Shown piece by piece: positions 25,383-33,555 of a stretch of 33,933 nt of DNA. The stretch is taken from NCBI GenBank assembly GCA_030605045.1, contig JAUWBK010000001.1:1-33933 (forward strand), written 5' to 3'. Source of the stretch: Dehalococcoidia bacterium. Its GTDB lineage: Bacteria > Chloroflexota > Dehalococcoidia > Dehalococcoidales > RBG-16-60-22. The notes under the pieces are model-generated. The model did no database searches. It saw nothing but the letters and a program-made list of their open reading frames with translations, and was not told the origin of the DNA. Both the position numbers and the translations under genes were made by a program. Position 1 is the stretch's first letter. Each line of letters begins with the position of its first letter.

Positions 25383-26066
25383 ATGAAAGTCCTTATCATT
25401 GAAAATGACCAGACAATTGTAGAAGCTATTTCCCTAGCTCTCCAGCTAAGTTGGCCTGAAGCTAAATTAGTCTCCACTCATCTCGGAGAGAGGGGAATAG
25501 AGCTGGTAGAGAGTGAAAATCCTGATGTTGTCATCCTTGACCTGGGGCTTGATGATCTAAGTGGCTTTGAGGTGTTGAAGCAGATACGTCTTTTTTCCAC
25601 TGTCCCCATCCTCATTCTGACGGTGAGGTCAGATGAAGCTGATGTAGTCAAAGGACTGGAGTGGGGAGCCGACGATTATGTGGTTAAACCTTTTCGGCAA
25701 CTGGAACTTCTGTCACGGATACAAGCTTTGACACGACGGGGAGGTCTTCTAGTTGAAGAAGCACCTCTGGTTTGCGGACAATTGCGCTTTAACCCGGCTA
25801 CTTGGCAGTTATTTCATGGTGAAAAGGAGATAAATCTCACTCCTACCGAAGGTTCTATTCTCGGTCACCTGATGAAAAAAGCCGGTCGAGTGGTAACCCA
25901 CTCCAGCCTTGCCGAATCGGTATGGGGTGAGAATTACCCGGATGTGACGAGCAGCCTCAAGGTTTATATCCATCACCTGCGGGAAAAACTGGAAGCTGAC
26001 CCGAGTAATCCGCAGATTATTCTCACCAAGTCTGGCATAGGCTACTTACTGGCAAAGCCAGACTAA
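25383..26066 (+). CDS. OmpR/PhoB-family response regulator (receiver plus winged-helix DNA-binding domain)
   Basis: MKVLIIENDQ, phospho-acceptor context VVILDLGLDD, DYVVKPF, and C-terminal winged helix LTPTEGSILGHLM...VYIHHLREKLE...GIGYLL. 5-nt gap after the kinase gene. Confidence 0.9.
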   Translation: MKVLIIENDQTIVEAISLALQLSWPEAKLVSTHLGERGIELVESENPDVVILDLGLDDLSGFEVLKQIRLFSTVPILILTVRSDEADVVKGLEWGADDYVVKPFRQLELLSRIQALTRRGGLLVEEAPLVCGQLRFNPATWQLFHGEKEINLTPTEGSILGHLMKKAGRVVTHSSLAESVWGENYPDVTSSLKVYIHHLREKLEADPSNPQIILTKSGIGYLLAKPD

Positions 26067-26096
26067 CTGAATATCTAACCACTTATTTTTACCAAA

Positions 26097-26137
26097 TTGT
26101 AACTACTTTGTAACCTTTTTATAACCTTTTTGTAACC
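26097..26137 (+). promoter_or_regulatory. array 2: four exactly 11-bp-phased TTGTAAC(C) direct repeats
   Basis: TTGTAAC 26097, TTGTAACC 26108, TTATAACC 26119, TTGTAACC 26130. It begins 31 nt after the regulator's stop and lies upstream of the + strand gene at 26281. Confidence 0.55.
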
Positions 26138-26280
26138 ACAGGCGTGTAGACTAGAGAGTAGAAATAACGATGCGAATACCAGTTTTCGAGAGCAAAAAGA
26201 ACGGGATAGAAGTTAACTGCTTCCTTAAAATGGGAGAGAATTCGAGTTGGTAAGCCTGGCCAAAATTTCAAGGAGAAAGC

Positions 26281-26667
26281 ATGCTGGACGAAGCTGAAGT
26301 TCCCAAGCAAATTAGCCCAGAAATGGAAGAGGCGGCCACCCAGAAGGCAATAATCAGAGCCAGAGCGGCAAGGTGGGACCTTGATGTGGCTGTCTTCTTG
26401 TTCGCCATTTTGATTATTATCATAATCCTACTCTTCCAGGAAGTGGTCATTGAGGTGGTGGCACCAGTCGCCATTTTTGGCTTAGCCACGGTCTGGCTCA
26501 TAGGGTGGAGACGAGGGAAACAACTATATCAGCGTTTCTACGATGAAGAGCTATTGAAATTGGAGCAAGGGTCAAAGGAGTCAATTGAGGGAGCGGTTAA
26601 GGAAGTGGTGGAAACAGTAGAGGATATAGTTAAGAAGGCACTGCGCGAGAGATGGCAGAATGAGTAA
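26281..26667 (+). CDS. small membrane protein (128 aa, two predicted TM helices, acidic coiled tail); function unknown
   Basis: AAGGAG 26270-26275 then ATG 26281. Hydrophobic segments VAVFLFAILIIIIILLF and VVAPVAIFGLATVWLIGW. Confidence 0.6.
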   Translation: MLDEAEVPKQISPEMEEAATQKAIIRARAARWDLDVAVFLFAILIIIIILLFQEVVIEVVAPVAIFGLATVWLIGWRRGKQLYQRFYDEELLKLEQGSKESIEGAVKEVVETVEDIVKKALRERWQNE

Positions 26668-26708
26668 CACCTAATGCTACGGTTGACAAGCCAAGTATTT
26701 TTAACAGA

Positions 26709-26728
26709 GGGAAGCAGTAATGCTTCCC
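26709..26728 (+). terminator. stem-loop downstream of the 128-aa gene
   Basis: GGGAAGCA gtaa TGCTTCCC followed by TT only, so the T-tract is weak. Confidence 0.4.
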
Positions 26729-26837
26729 TTCAACTATTTGTGGTAGGATATTAAGGAGTCAAGATGGACTACAGCTCTTGACAGGTGATCAGGTCAAATA
26801 TTGAATTGCAAAAATAGAGTTAAGGAGGCATGAGACA

Positions 26838-27938
26838 ATGGCAAAATGCCGAGCCTGGGTTATGGTTGAACCTGGCAAAGTGGTTATGGAAGAGTTTGAG
26901 ATACCAAAGGTAGCCGAAGACAGCGCCTTATTGAAGGTTGAAGCCTGTGGTATCTGCGGCACTGACAAGCACGTATATCTTGGTCACTTCCCCATGGCTC
27001 AGTTTCCCTTTATCACCGGGCATGAAATCATCGGTACTATTGTGGAGTTGGGCAGCAAAGCTAATGATAATATGGTGGTTTTCGGCGGCTCCCTGGAGGT
27101 TGGCGACCGAGTATTCATAGCTCCCAGTTCCATGGGTTGTGGCCAGTGCTATTACTGCCTGCACATGCCAGACAACCCGGCTTTCTGCACCCAGAGAAAC
27201 ATCGTTTACGGATTTACTTCGGTCAAGAGAGCACCCGGTATCTGGGGAGGCTACTCAGAGTATCTTTACTTGCTCCCAAGAAGCTACGTTTTCAAGCTTT
27301 CCAAAGATATGTCACTGAAGAGGGCGGTCCTTATCGAACCAGCAGCTACTGGACTTAGAGCCGTGGAACAGGCTTTTAACTCGGGATACAGGGTCGGATG
27401 TAGTGCCATGGTATTGGGCGCCGGCCCTATCGGTTTGATGACGATTGTCTCTTTACGGTATTGTGGAGCCGGTCTCATCATCGTTCAAGACCTATTTCCC
27501 AGCCGGCTGAATAGGGCCAAGCGCATGGGTGCTGACCTACTCATTGATGGCAACCTGCCATTTGAAGAGCGCTTGAAGCAGGTGCGAGAGGTAACCGACG
27601 GGGTTGGACCGGATATGGTGGTTGAGGCGGCTGGTCCCCCGGGTGCCTTCCGGGAGGCTCTAGGTTTTACCCGCCGAGGTGGCACTTTAATTGAGGCCGG
27701 GAACTTCACCGACACCGGGACAACTGAGATTAAACCTTTTGATATTTGCTTCCAGGGTTTGAGTATTCTTGGCTGTCGGTACTCGCCGCTGAGTTTTCCT
27801 GGTGTTATCTCCATGCTTGAAAGCACGTCGTTACCGGTAGAAGAGGTAGTGACCCACACCTTCCCCCTGGAAGAGTTCCCCGAAGCATTGGAGGTAGTTG
27901 GTTCGGCAGAGGCTAGTAAAGTAGCCATTACCCCGTAA
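26838..27938 (+). CDS. zinc-dependent alcohol/polyol dehydrogenase (MDR superfamily)
   Basis: AGGAGG upstream of ATG 26838. Catalytic-zinc motifs GICGTDKH and GHEIIG, a structural Zn Cys cluster CGQCYYC, and Rossmann motif VLGAGPIG. Confidence 0.85.
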   Translation: MAKCRAWVMVEPGKVVMEEFEIPKVAEDSALLKVEACGICGTDKHVYLGHFPMAQFPFITGHEIIGTIVELGSKANDNMVVFGGSLEVGDRVFIAPSSMGCGQCYYCLHMPDNPAFCTQRNIVYGFTSVKRAPGIWGGYSEYLYLLPRSYVFKLSKDMSLKRAVLIEPAATGLRAVEQAFNSGYRVGCSAMVLGAGPIGLMTIVSLRYCGAGLIIVQDLFPSRLNRAKRMGADLLIDGNLPFEERLKQVREVTDGVGPDMVVEAAGPPGAFREALGFTRRGGTLIEAGNFTDTGTTEIKPFDICFQGLSILGCRYSPLSFPGVISMLESTSLPVEEVVTHTFPLEEFPEALEVVGSAEASKVAITP

Positions 27939-27962
27939 CTAAAGTCCCTGGGGGTAGCCTAA

Positions 27963-28298
27963 ATGGCATTAATTCTGTCCGTCGACCTCGCCTGTAGGGA
28001 TATTGAGACCTATCCCCATTCGGCGTGGCAGAAGTTGGGCATACGACCTCTGGCTGGAAAGAAAAAGTGCACTCCGGAGCAAATAGCTCAGCACGCGGCA
28101 GAACTAAAAAGACGCTTCGAGTTACCGGAAATCAAAAGTCCCACTCACGATGAGTTGTCAGCACTGGTGGCCGGTCTGGCTGGTGTGGCCATCGCCAATT
28201 ATAACGTATCTGGCTATATCGCTTCCGGTGTGCCTCCCCAATTAGTACCGGAAGGCTATATTGTCGAAGGATACATTGTGAATCCCAGGTGGCTTTAA
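27963..28298 (+). CDS. hypothetical protein (111 aa)
   Basis: GGGGG sits 8 nt upstream of ATG 27963. The internal 15-nt tandem duplication (28251-28280, EGYIV x2) differs only at synonymous third positions, which supports translation. Confidence 0.5.
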   Translation: MALILSVDLACRDIETYPHSAWQKLGIRPLAGKKKCTPEQIAQHAAELKRRFELPEIKSPTHDELSALVAGLAGVAIANYNVSGYIASGVPPQLVPEGYIVEGYIVNPRWL

Positions 28299-28378
28299 GG
28301 AGAGTCTATAACCTGATTTGACCTTTGGGGTAGCTAATAGTTAAACTATCTCATCATCTAAAGTGATTTAAACTTGCC

Positions 28379-30271
28379 ATGATTTGGTTACGCAGAATTA
28401 TTGCCCTGACCCTAGCCTTGACCTTTATTATCCTGTCTATCTTGTTGCTGGTCATCTTCCGCGTTAATGCTACCCTGGGAAACCCTGACTTTTACAATGA
28501 CCAGTTGCGTCAGGCGGACATCTATAACTTCATCTACGACGATGCCCTGCCCGTTGCTCTGGAAGAAGCGGGGATTGGTGTCGATACCTCTGAGGCTGGA
28601 ATCAATATCAAGCCTCATCTCATTGATATGGTAGAGCAGACGCTGCCTCCGGAATGGCTTCAAACTCAGGTGGAGCAGACCATCAACCAAGTCGTGCCTT
28701 ATGTCTGGGGAGATAGCGAAGGTTTCAATATCAATATCCCCCTAAAGGAACGGGTAGAGATGGGGGCTCAGGCGGCTAAAGACACTTTACATAAGGAAGA
28801 TGTTTTCCCTGTCCTTTATGACCAGACTATTGATCTTATTCTCGATGAGATCATGCCTGATATGGAGGAAATGCCTCCGCCCTTTGCCCTAACCAGAGAT
28901 GAAATGGCGACGATATTGCGTACGGTGCTGCCGGCGGAGTGGGCCCTGATGCAAATAGACAGCGCTATCGATGAAGTGGTGCCCTACTTCACCAAAGATA
29001 AAGCGCAATTCACGGTACAGATAGACATATCGGACCGACTGGATGTTCTGGAGGTCGTCGTGGCTGATATCCTCAAGAGGCCGGAAACCTATGATTATCT
29101 CTTCGAAGATATGATGGCACCAGCCATCAAGCAAAATACTCAAGAAATGGCGTCACTTCCCATTGGGGTGACCCTGACCGATGACGAAATCCTTTCGGTG
29201 GTTAAAGAGACGTTGCCGCTGGAGTGGTATCAGGCACGAGTCACCGATATCGTTGGTCAAATCTTCGCCTATCTTAAGGGGACAGAGGAGAACTTGGAGG
29301 TGGTCATACCTCTCGCTGACCGCAAGCCAGCCATGGCTCAGGCACTGGGAAAACTGGCAGACCAAAAACTGGAGAGCCTGATAGATTCCCTTCCGGTGTG
29401 CACCACGGGACAGCTAATTGACCTGATATTGAATCCACCGCTAGATAGCCCTCCTGAGTGCCGACCGATAGATATATCTTACCGAGAGCTCAAAGGATTG
29501 TTGGGCATCGACATCAGCATTATCATTGCGCCGTTCATCGATATGTGGATTCCGGACCAATGGGTGCTTAGCGACGCTGAACTGCGTCAGGCGTTTGGTG
29601 GTGAAGATGATGAGGATTTTCTCCGCCAAGCCCGAGAATTGGTGCAGGAAGGATTGACCTACACCAATGAAGACCTCCGTGCTGATTTGGAGGCAGACTA
29701 CGAGACAATGGAAGACATTCGACAACAGATAGCCGATGGTTTTATCTTTACCGAAAAAGAATTACGTGATTGGATGAGGGGTCAGGGAGATGAACAATTG
29801 CAGACCTTTGATAGCGTGCGCTCTGAGCTGGGAACAGCACGACAATGGAGACTGGTAGCCTGGTTCATTCCGGTCCTAATGCTGCTAGCTGTTGGGGCAC
29901 TTGGTGGTAGGGGGTGGCGCAGCAAACTGATCTGGGCAGCGGCAGTGCTGGCGATAATGGCTATTATTACCTATCTCATCTTTGGACCGTTGTTCTCGGC
30001 GATGGTGCAGCCCAGGATAGATGATGCGGTGATGCCGGCGGTGAGCCAAGCTGAGGGCCTTCAAGCGCTGATGGCAGGAAAGGGCATCACCATAGCCCAA
30101 AATGCTATCGCTAGCTTTGTCGGGGGCATCAAGAGCCAGGCTCTTGGTCTACTGGTAGCGTCTCTACTGCTCCTCGTGGTGGGGGTTTTCTGGCCCATCT
30201 GGCCCAGAATCTGGACCAGAATACGCCGGGCGTGGTCTTTAGTGGGCACAAAAATAGGCAGGAAAACTTAA
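28379..30271 (+). CDS. membrane protein (630 aa) with an N-terminal TM anchor, three 95-aa tandem repeats, an acidic region and a C-terminal multi-TM block; family not recognised
   Basis: N-terminal TM IIALTLALTFIILSILLLVIF. Repeat signature LP.EW at codons 89, 184 and 279. C-terminal hydrophobic segments (WFIPVLMLLAVGALGG, AAAVLAIMAIITYLIFGPLF, LGLLVASLLLLVVGVFWPIW). Confidence 0.7.
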   Translation: MIWLRRIIALTLALTFIILSILLLVIFRVNATLGNPDFYNDQLRQADIYNFIYDDALPVALEEAGIGVDTSEAGINIKPHLIDMVEQTLPPEWLQTQVEQTINQVVPYVWGDSEGFNINIPLKERVEMGAQAAKDTLHKEDVFPVLYDQTIDLILDEIMPDMEEMPPPFALTRDEMATILRTVLPAEWALMQIDSAIDEVVPYFTKDKAQFTVQIDISDRLDVLEVVVADILKRPETYDYLFEDMMAPAIKQNTQEMASLPIGVTLTDDEILSVVKETLPLEWYQARVTDIVGQIFAYLKGTEENLEVVIPLADRKPAMAQALGKLADQKLESLIDSLPVCTTGQLIDLILNPPLDSPPECRPIDISYRELKGLLGIDISIIIAPFIDMWIPDQWVLSDAELRQAFGGEDDEDFLRQARELVQEGLTYTNEDLRADLEADYETMEDIRQQIADGFIFTEKELRDWMRGQGDEQLQTFDSVRSELGTARQWRLVAWFIPVLMLLAVGALGGRGWRSKLIWAAAVLAIMAIITYLIFGPLFSAMVQPRIDDAVMPAVSQAEGLQALMAGKGITIAQNAIASFVGGIKSQALGLLVASLLLLVVGVFWPIWPRIWTRIRRAWSLVGTKIGRKT

Positions 30272-30351
30272 TGCCACATATGATTGGCGATGTTGTGCCA
30301 TTAGTTACGCAGACGATGAACAACTACCTGAGGGGCAGAGAATAGCTTGGG

Positions 30352-31557
30352 TTATGCTCTATTTCGGTAACGCTCGACGAAGCGCTCCATTCGCCTCAGG
30401 GCTTCCTCAATGTCAGACAACGCGGTGGCATAGCAGCAACGCACAAAACCCTCGCCCTGTGGTCCGAAGAGGTTGCCGGGCATTACCACTACCTTTTCCT
30501 CTAAAAGGAGCTTCTCCGTGAACTCCTCCGAGGTCATCCCGGTAGATTGAACCGAGGGGAAGGCGTAAAAGGCGCCCTTTGGCTCATGACAGGCGAGACC
30601 TATCTGGTTGAGGCCTCGAACGATCACCTTTCGGCGCTGGTCATACTCGGAGACCATCCGCTTGACGTCGTCCTCACCGCTCTTGAGGGCCTCTATGGCC
30701 GCCATCTGAGCCATACTGGACGGGCTGAGCATGGTGTGTTGATGTATCTTGGTTATGGCGGCGATGAGCTCAGCAGGGCCGGCAGCATAACCCAGACGCC
30801 AACCGGTCATGGCGTAAGCTTTGGAGAAACCATCAAGGAGGATAGTGCGTTCCTTCATCCCGGGGAGGCTGGAGAAACAGGTATGTTCCACTTCGTAGGT
30901 CAATTGGCTGTAGATTTCGTCCGAGATTACTAACAGGTCGTGTTTCTCCGCTACCTTGGCAATCTCGGCCAAATCCTCTCGACTCATTTCCGTGCCCGTA
31001 GGGTTAGCCGGATAGCCAAAGAGAATTACCTTAGTCCTGGGGGTGATTCTGGCCTCAATCTGGTCTGCTTCCAGCTTGAAATCGTTATCTGACCGCGTCG
31101 GTACTGGAACCGGGATGCCGTGGGCTAAGTTAATGCAAGACGGATAACAAACATAGTAAGGGTCAGGCATGATGACCTCATCGCCGGGGTCAAGGACAGT
31201 TCGGAAGGCCAGGTCCATCGCTTGGCTTGAGCCAACCGTTATGACTATCTCTGTCTCTGGGTCGTACCTGATGCCGTGGCGGCTCTCCAGATTCTGGGCT
31301 ACGGCGTGGCGTAGCTCAGGAAATCCGGCAGTTGGTGTGTACCTCGTGTAACCCTTCTTGAGAGCGTCAAGAGCCGCCTCGCAGATGTGCCATGGAGTGG
31401 TAAAATCCGGCTCACCAACACCTAGTGAAATGATGCTTTTGCCTTCTTTAGAAACAGAATGTAATAGATTCAGGAATTTGGCAAAGCCCAACTCAGATAC
31501 CAAATCCACCCGCTGCGAGGTTCGTTTCTTTAGCCTGGTTTTACGCTCATCTGACAT
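30352..31557 (-). CDS. class I/II PLP aminotransferase (aspartate/aromatic aminotransferase-like)
   Basis: 401-aa ORF with LGVGEPDF, NPTG, and the PLP-lysine motif GFSKAYAMTGWRLGY. Confidence 0.85.
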   Translation of the reverse strand: MSDERKTRLKKRTSQRVDLVSELGFAKFLNLLHSVSKEGKSIISLGVGEPDFTTPWHICEAALDALKKGYTRYTPTAGFPELRHAVAQNLESRHGIRYDPETEIVITVGSSQAMDLAFRTVLDPGDEVIMPDPYYVCYPSCINLAHGIPVPVPTRSDNDFKLEADQIEARITPRTKVILFGYPANPTGTEMSREDLAEIAKVAEKHDLLVISDEIYSQLTYEVEHTCFSSLPGMKERTILLDGFSKAYAMTGWRLGYAAGPAELIAAITKIHQHTMLSPSSMAQMAAIEALKSGEDDVKRMVSEYDQRRKVIVRGLNQIGLACHEPKGAFYAFPSVQSTGMTSEEFTEKLLLEEKVVVMPGNLFGPQGEGFVRCCYATALSDIEEALRRMERFVERYRNRA

Positions 31558-31642
31558 GGTAACAATTTCCCCTTCCTAACTGGCTAAAATTATAGACTTT
31601 CTCATTGGGAATGACAAAAGAACAGCTAATCGGCGAGACTAA

Positions 31643-32986
31643 CTAGAAGCCCCTTATCATTTGTCCCGGAAGCCAGAGGATTATCTGGGGGAAGGCGATG
31701 AGCAAGCCAAGCGCCACCAAGATGAGGAGAACAAAGGGGAATACCCCGCGGATAATATCGCCCGTGGTTACCCCCAGTGAGGGGTCGGCGGCACCGCGGA
31801 GGTAAAATATGGCATAGGCGAAGGGAGGGGTCAGGAAAGACGTCTGCAGGTTAACGCAGATCATCATGGCAAACCAGAGCGGGTCAAAGCCAAGGGCTTT
31901 GCCAATGGGCGTAATTATCGGCACCACGATGAAGAGTATCCCCAGCCAGTCAATAAAGTAGCCCAGCAGAAAAACGATGAACATGATGATGGCAAAGACG
32001 CCCCATTTGCCGCCGGGAGCACCCATGATAATCTGTGTCACTGCTTCCTCACCACCGGCACGTATAAAGATACCCACGAAGGCATAAGCTGTGGCACCAA
32101 TAGCTAATACCATCGCCGAGATAATTAGCGTTTGCCGCGCCGTTTCTTTGAGCACACTAAGGTTAAACCGCCGGTTGGCAACAGCGAGCAATGTAGCCGC
32201 GACAGCACCCACCCCGGCGGCTTCCGTCGGCGTGGCAACACCCATGAAAATACTCCCCAAAACTGCCATAATCAATGCCGCTGGCGGCACCAGTGCGGTC
32301 AGAAGGTCGATGATTTTCTTGAGCAAGGGAACGGCTCTTTCTTCAACCGGCATCGCCGGCGCCACATTCGGTCGCGTAGAGCTGTAAACCGCGATGTACC
32401 CGATGTATAAAGCAGAAAGAAGAAAGCCGGGCAGAAAGGCGGCAAAGAACAACTTGCCCACGGAAATAACCGCCATCGGCCCGTAGACGACCAGCATAAT
32501 GCTGGGTGGAATCAGGATGCCCAGAGTGCCGCCAGCACAGACGGAACCAGCGGCTAGAGACTTGCTGTAACCTCGTTTGATCATCTCGGGAAGGGCAATA
32601 ATCGCCAGCGCGGTAACTGAGGCGCCAATTATACCGACTGTAGCCGCCAGGATGGTGCCGGTGATTACCGTAACTATTGCCAGCCCACCCCTAAGGCCAC
32701 CAAGCCAAACGTAAAGACTGGAGAACATTCTTTCCGTTAACCCGGAATAGCCCAGCATCACCCCCATGAAGACAAATCCTGGCACTGCCAGCAAAATATA
32801 GTTGGTTATTATTTTGTAAATCCGACTGTAGGCAATCCAAGCGGTGGCGTCTACTCCGAAAAGGAGAAACCCTACAGTAACAGTGACGCCGCCGAGAACA
32901 AAAGCCAACGGGAAACCAAGCATCACCCCGATCACGACAAGACCGAAAAGAACCACCACCGCCATCTCTGGGCTTAAGTCAATCAT
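31643..32986 (-). CDS. dctM: TRAP transporter large permease
   Basis: 447-aa polytopic membrane protein. Overlaps dctQ by 8 nt. Its C-terminus is paralogous to the fragment at 1-177. Confidence 0.9.
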   Translation of the reverse strand: MIDLSPEMAVVVLFGLVVIGVMLGFPLAFVLGGVTVTVGFLLFGVDATAWIAYSRIYKIITNYILLAVPGFVFMGVMLGYSGLTERMFSSLYVWLGGLRGGLAIVTVITGTILAATVGIIGASVTALAIIALPEMIKRGYSKSLAAGSVCAGGTLGILIPPSIMLVVYGPMAVISVGKLFFAAFLPGFLLSALYIGYIAVYSSTRPNVAPAMPVEERAVPLLKKIIDLLTALVPPAALIMAVLGSIFMGVATPTEAAGVGAVAATLLAVANRRFNLSVLKETARQTLIISAMVLAIGATAYAFVGIFIRAGGEEAVTQIIMGAPGGKWGVFAIIMFIVFLLGYFIDWLGILFIVVPIITPIGKALGFDPLWFAMMICVNLQTSFLTPPFAYAIFYLRGAADPSLGVTTGDIIRGVFPFVLLILVALGLLIAFPQIILWLPGQMIRGF

Positions 32987-33488
32987 AAGCTCTATTCCTT
33001 ACCAGCACATGGAAACTACGAGACAATTGAGCCAAACTCTGAAGGGCAAGCAAAACCACTCCCACAAAAATAGTTGCTCTCATTGGCCAAAGTGGAGGGC
33101 GCCAATAGGTGAGCGTCCACCATTCGGCAGTTTCATACGATTCCCATGCCCACTTCCCGCTAATAAAGAGCAGGAAAGCGAGCCATGGCAGGAGCCAAAT
33201 CAGGCTGCCGATCACGTCAATGAGGGCTTTTGTCCTGGGGGACCATCGAGCATAAAAAACATCTACTCTCACATGCCGGTCATGGCGGTAAACATAACCC
33301 CAGCCAAGAACGTAAAGCGATGCCCCAGCCGTTATCATCAGTATCGGTAGCACATCGCCGGGACTGGCCAACACATAACGGAGAAAAACCTGGGTGGTAA
33401 TGAGCACCATTAAAACAGGGCCCAACCATTTTACTACGGTGCCCACAAATTCCTTAGTGGCGTCAATAGCTTTCAGTATCTTTCTCAT
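32979..33488 (-). CDS. dctQ: TRAP transporter small permease
   Basis: 169-aa protein with four hydrophobic segments, immediately upstream of and overlapping dctM. Confidence 0.8.
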   Translation of the reverse strand: MRKILKAIDATKEFVGTVVKWLGPVLMVLITTQVFLRYVLASPGDVLPILMITAGASLYVLGWGYVYRHDRHVRVDVFYARWSPRTKALIDVIGSLIWLLPWLAFLLFISGKWAWESYETAEWWTLTYWRPPLWPMRATIFVGVVLLALQSLAQLSRSFHVLVRNRAYD

Positions 33489-33498
33489 GGCTAATTAG

Positions 33499-33530
33499 CC
33501 TCCGCTCCGGTGGAGAAGCCGGAGCGGAGG
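33499..33530 (-). promoter_or_regulatory. intercistronic stem-loop between dctP and dctQ that includes the dctQ Shine-Dalgarno sequence
   Basis: 12-bp perfect stem CCTCCGCTCCGG (33499-33510) / CCGGAGCGGAGG (33519-33530) with an 8-nt loop. On the minus strand the 3' arm ends in GGAGG, 10 nt upstream of the dctQ ATG (33488). Confidence 0.55.
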
Positions 33531-33555
33531 TAGACTGAATTCATTGGCTAGGGAA

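Noticed and set aside
19764-26137. Whether the short phased repeats could be a CRISPR array or a tandem-repeat satellite
   Set aside because: The units are 7-8 bp at an 11-bp period with only 3-4 nt between them and 4-7 copies per site. That is far too short for CRISPR repeats and spacers, and no cas genes are present. A regulator-binding array is the better explanation.
26170-26253. 27-codon upstream ORF (MRIPVFESKKNGIEVNCFLKMGENSSW) in the leader of the 128-aa gene
   Set aside because: There is no Shine-Dalgarno sequence upstream and no recognisable features. It cannot be supported from sequence alone.
26119-26501. Minus-strand ORFs of 63 and 77 aa overlapping array 2 and the 128-aa gene
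   Set aside because: There is no SD, and they overlap a plus-strand gene that has a good AAGGAG site. They are probably spurious.
28306-28323. Possible fourth TTGTAAC-type site (CTATAACC / ATTTGACC) upstream of the 630-aa gene
   Set aside because: There are only two degenerate units at 10-bp rather than 11-bp spacing. This is indistinguishable from chance in AT-rich intergenic DNA.
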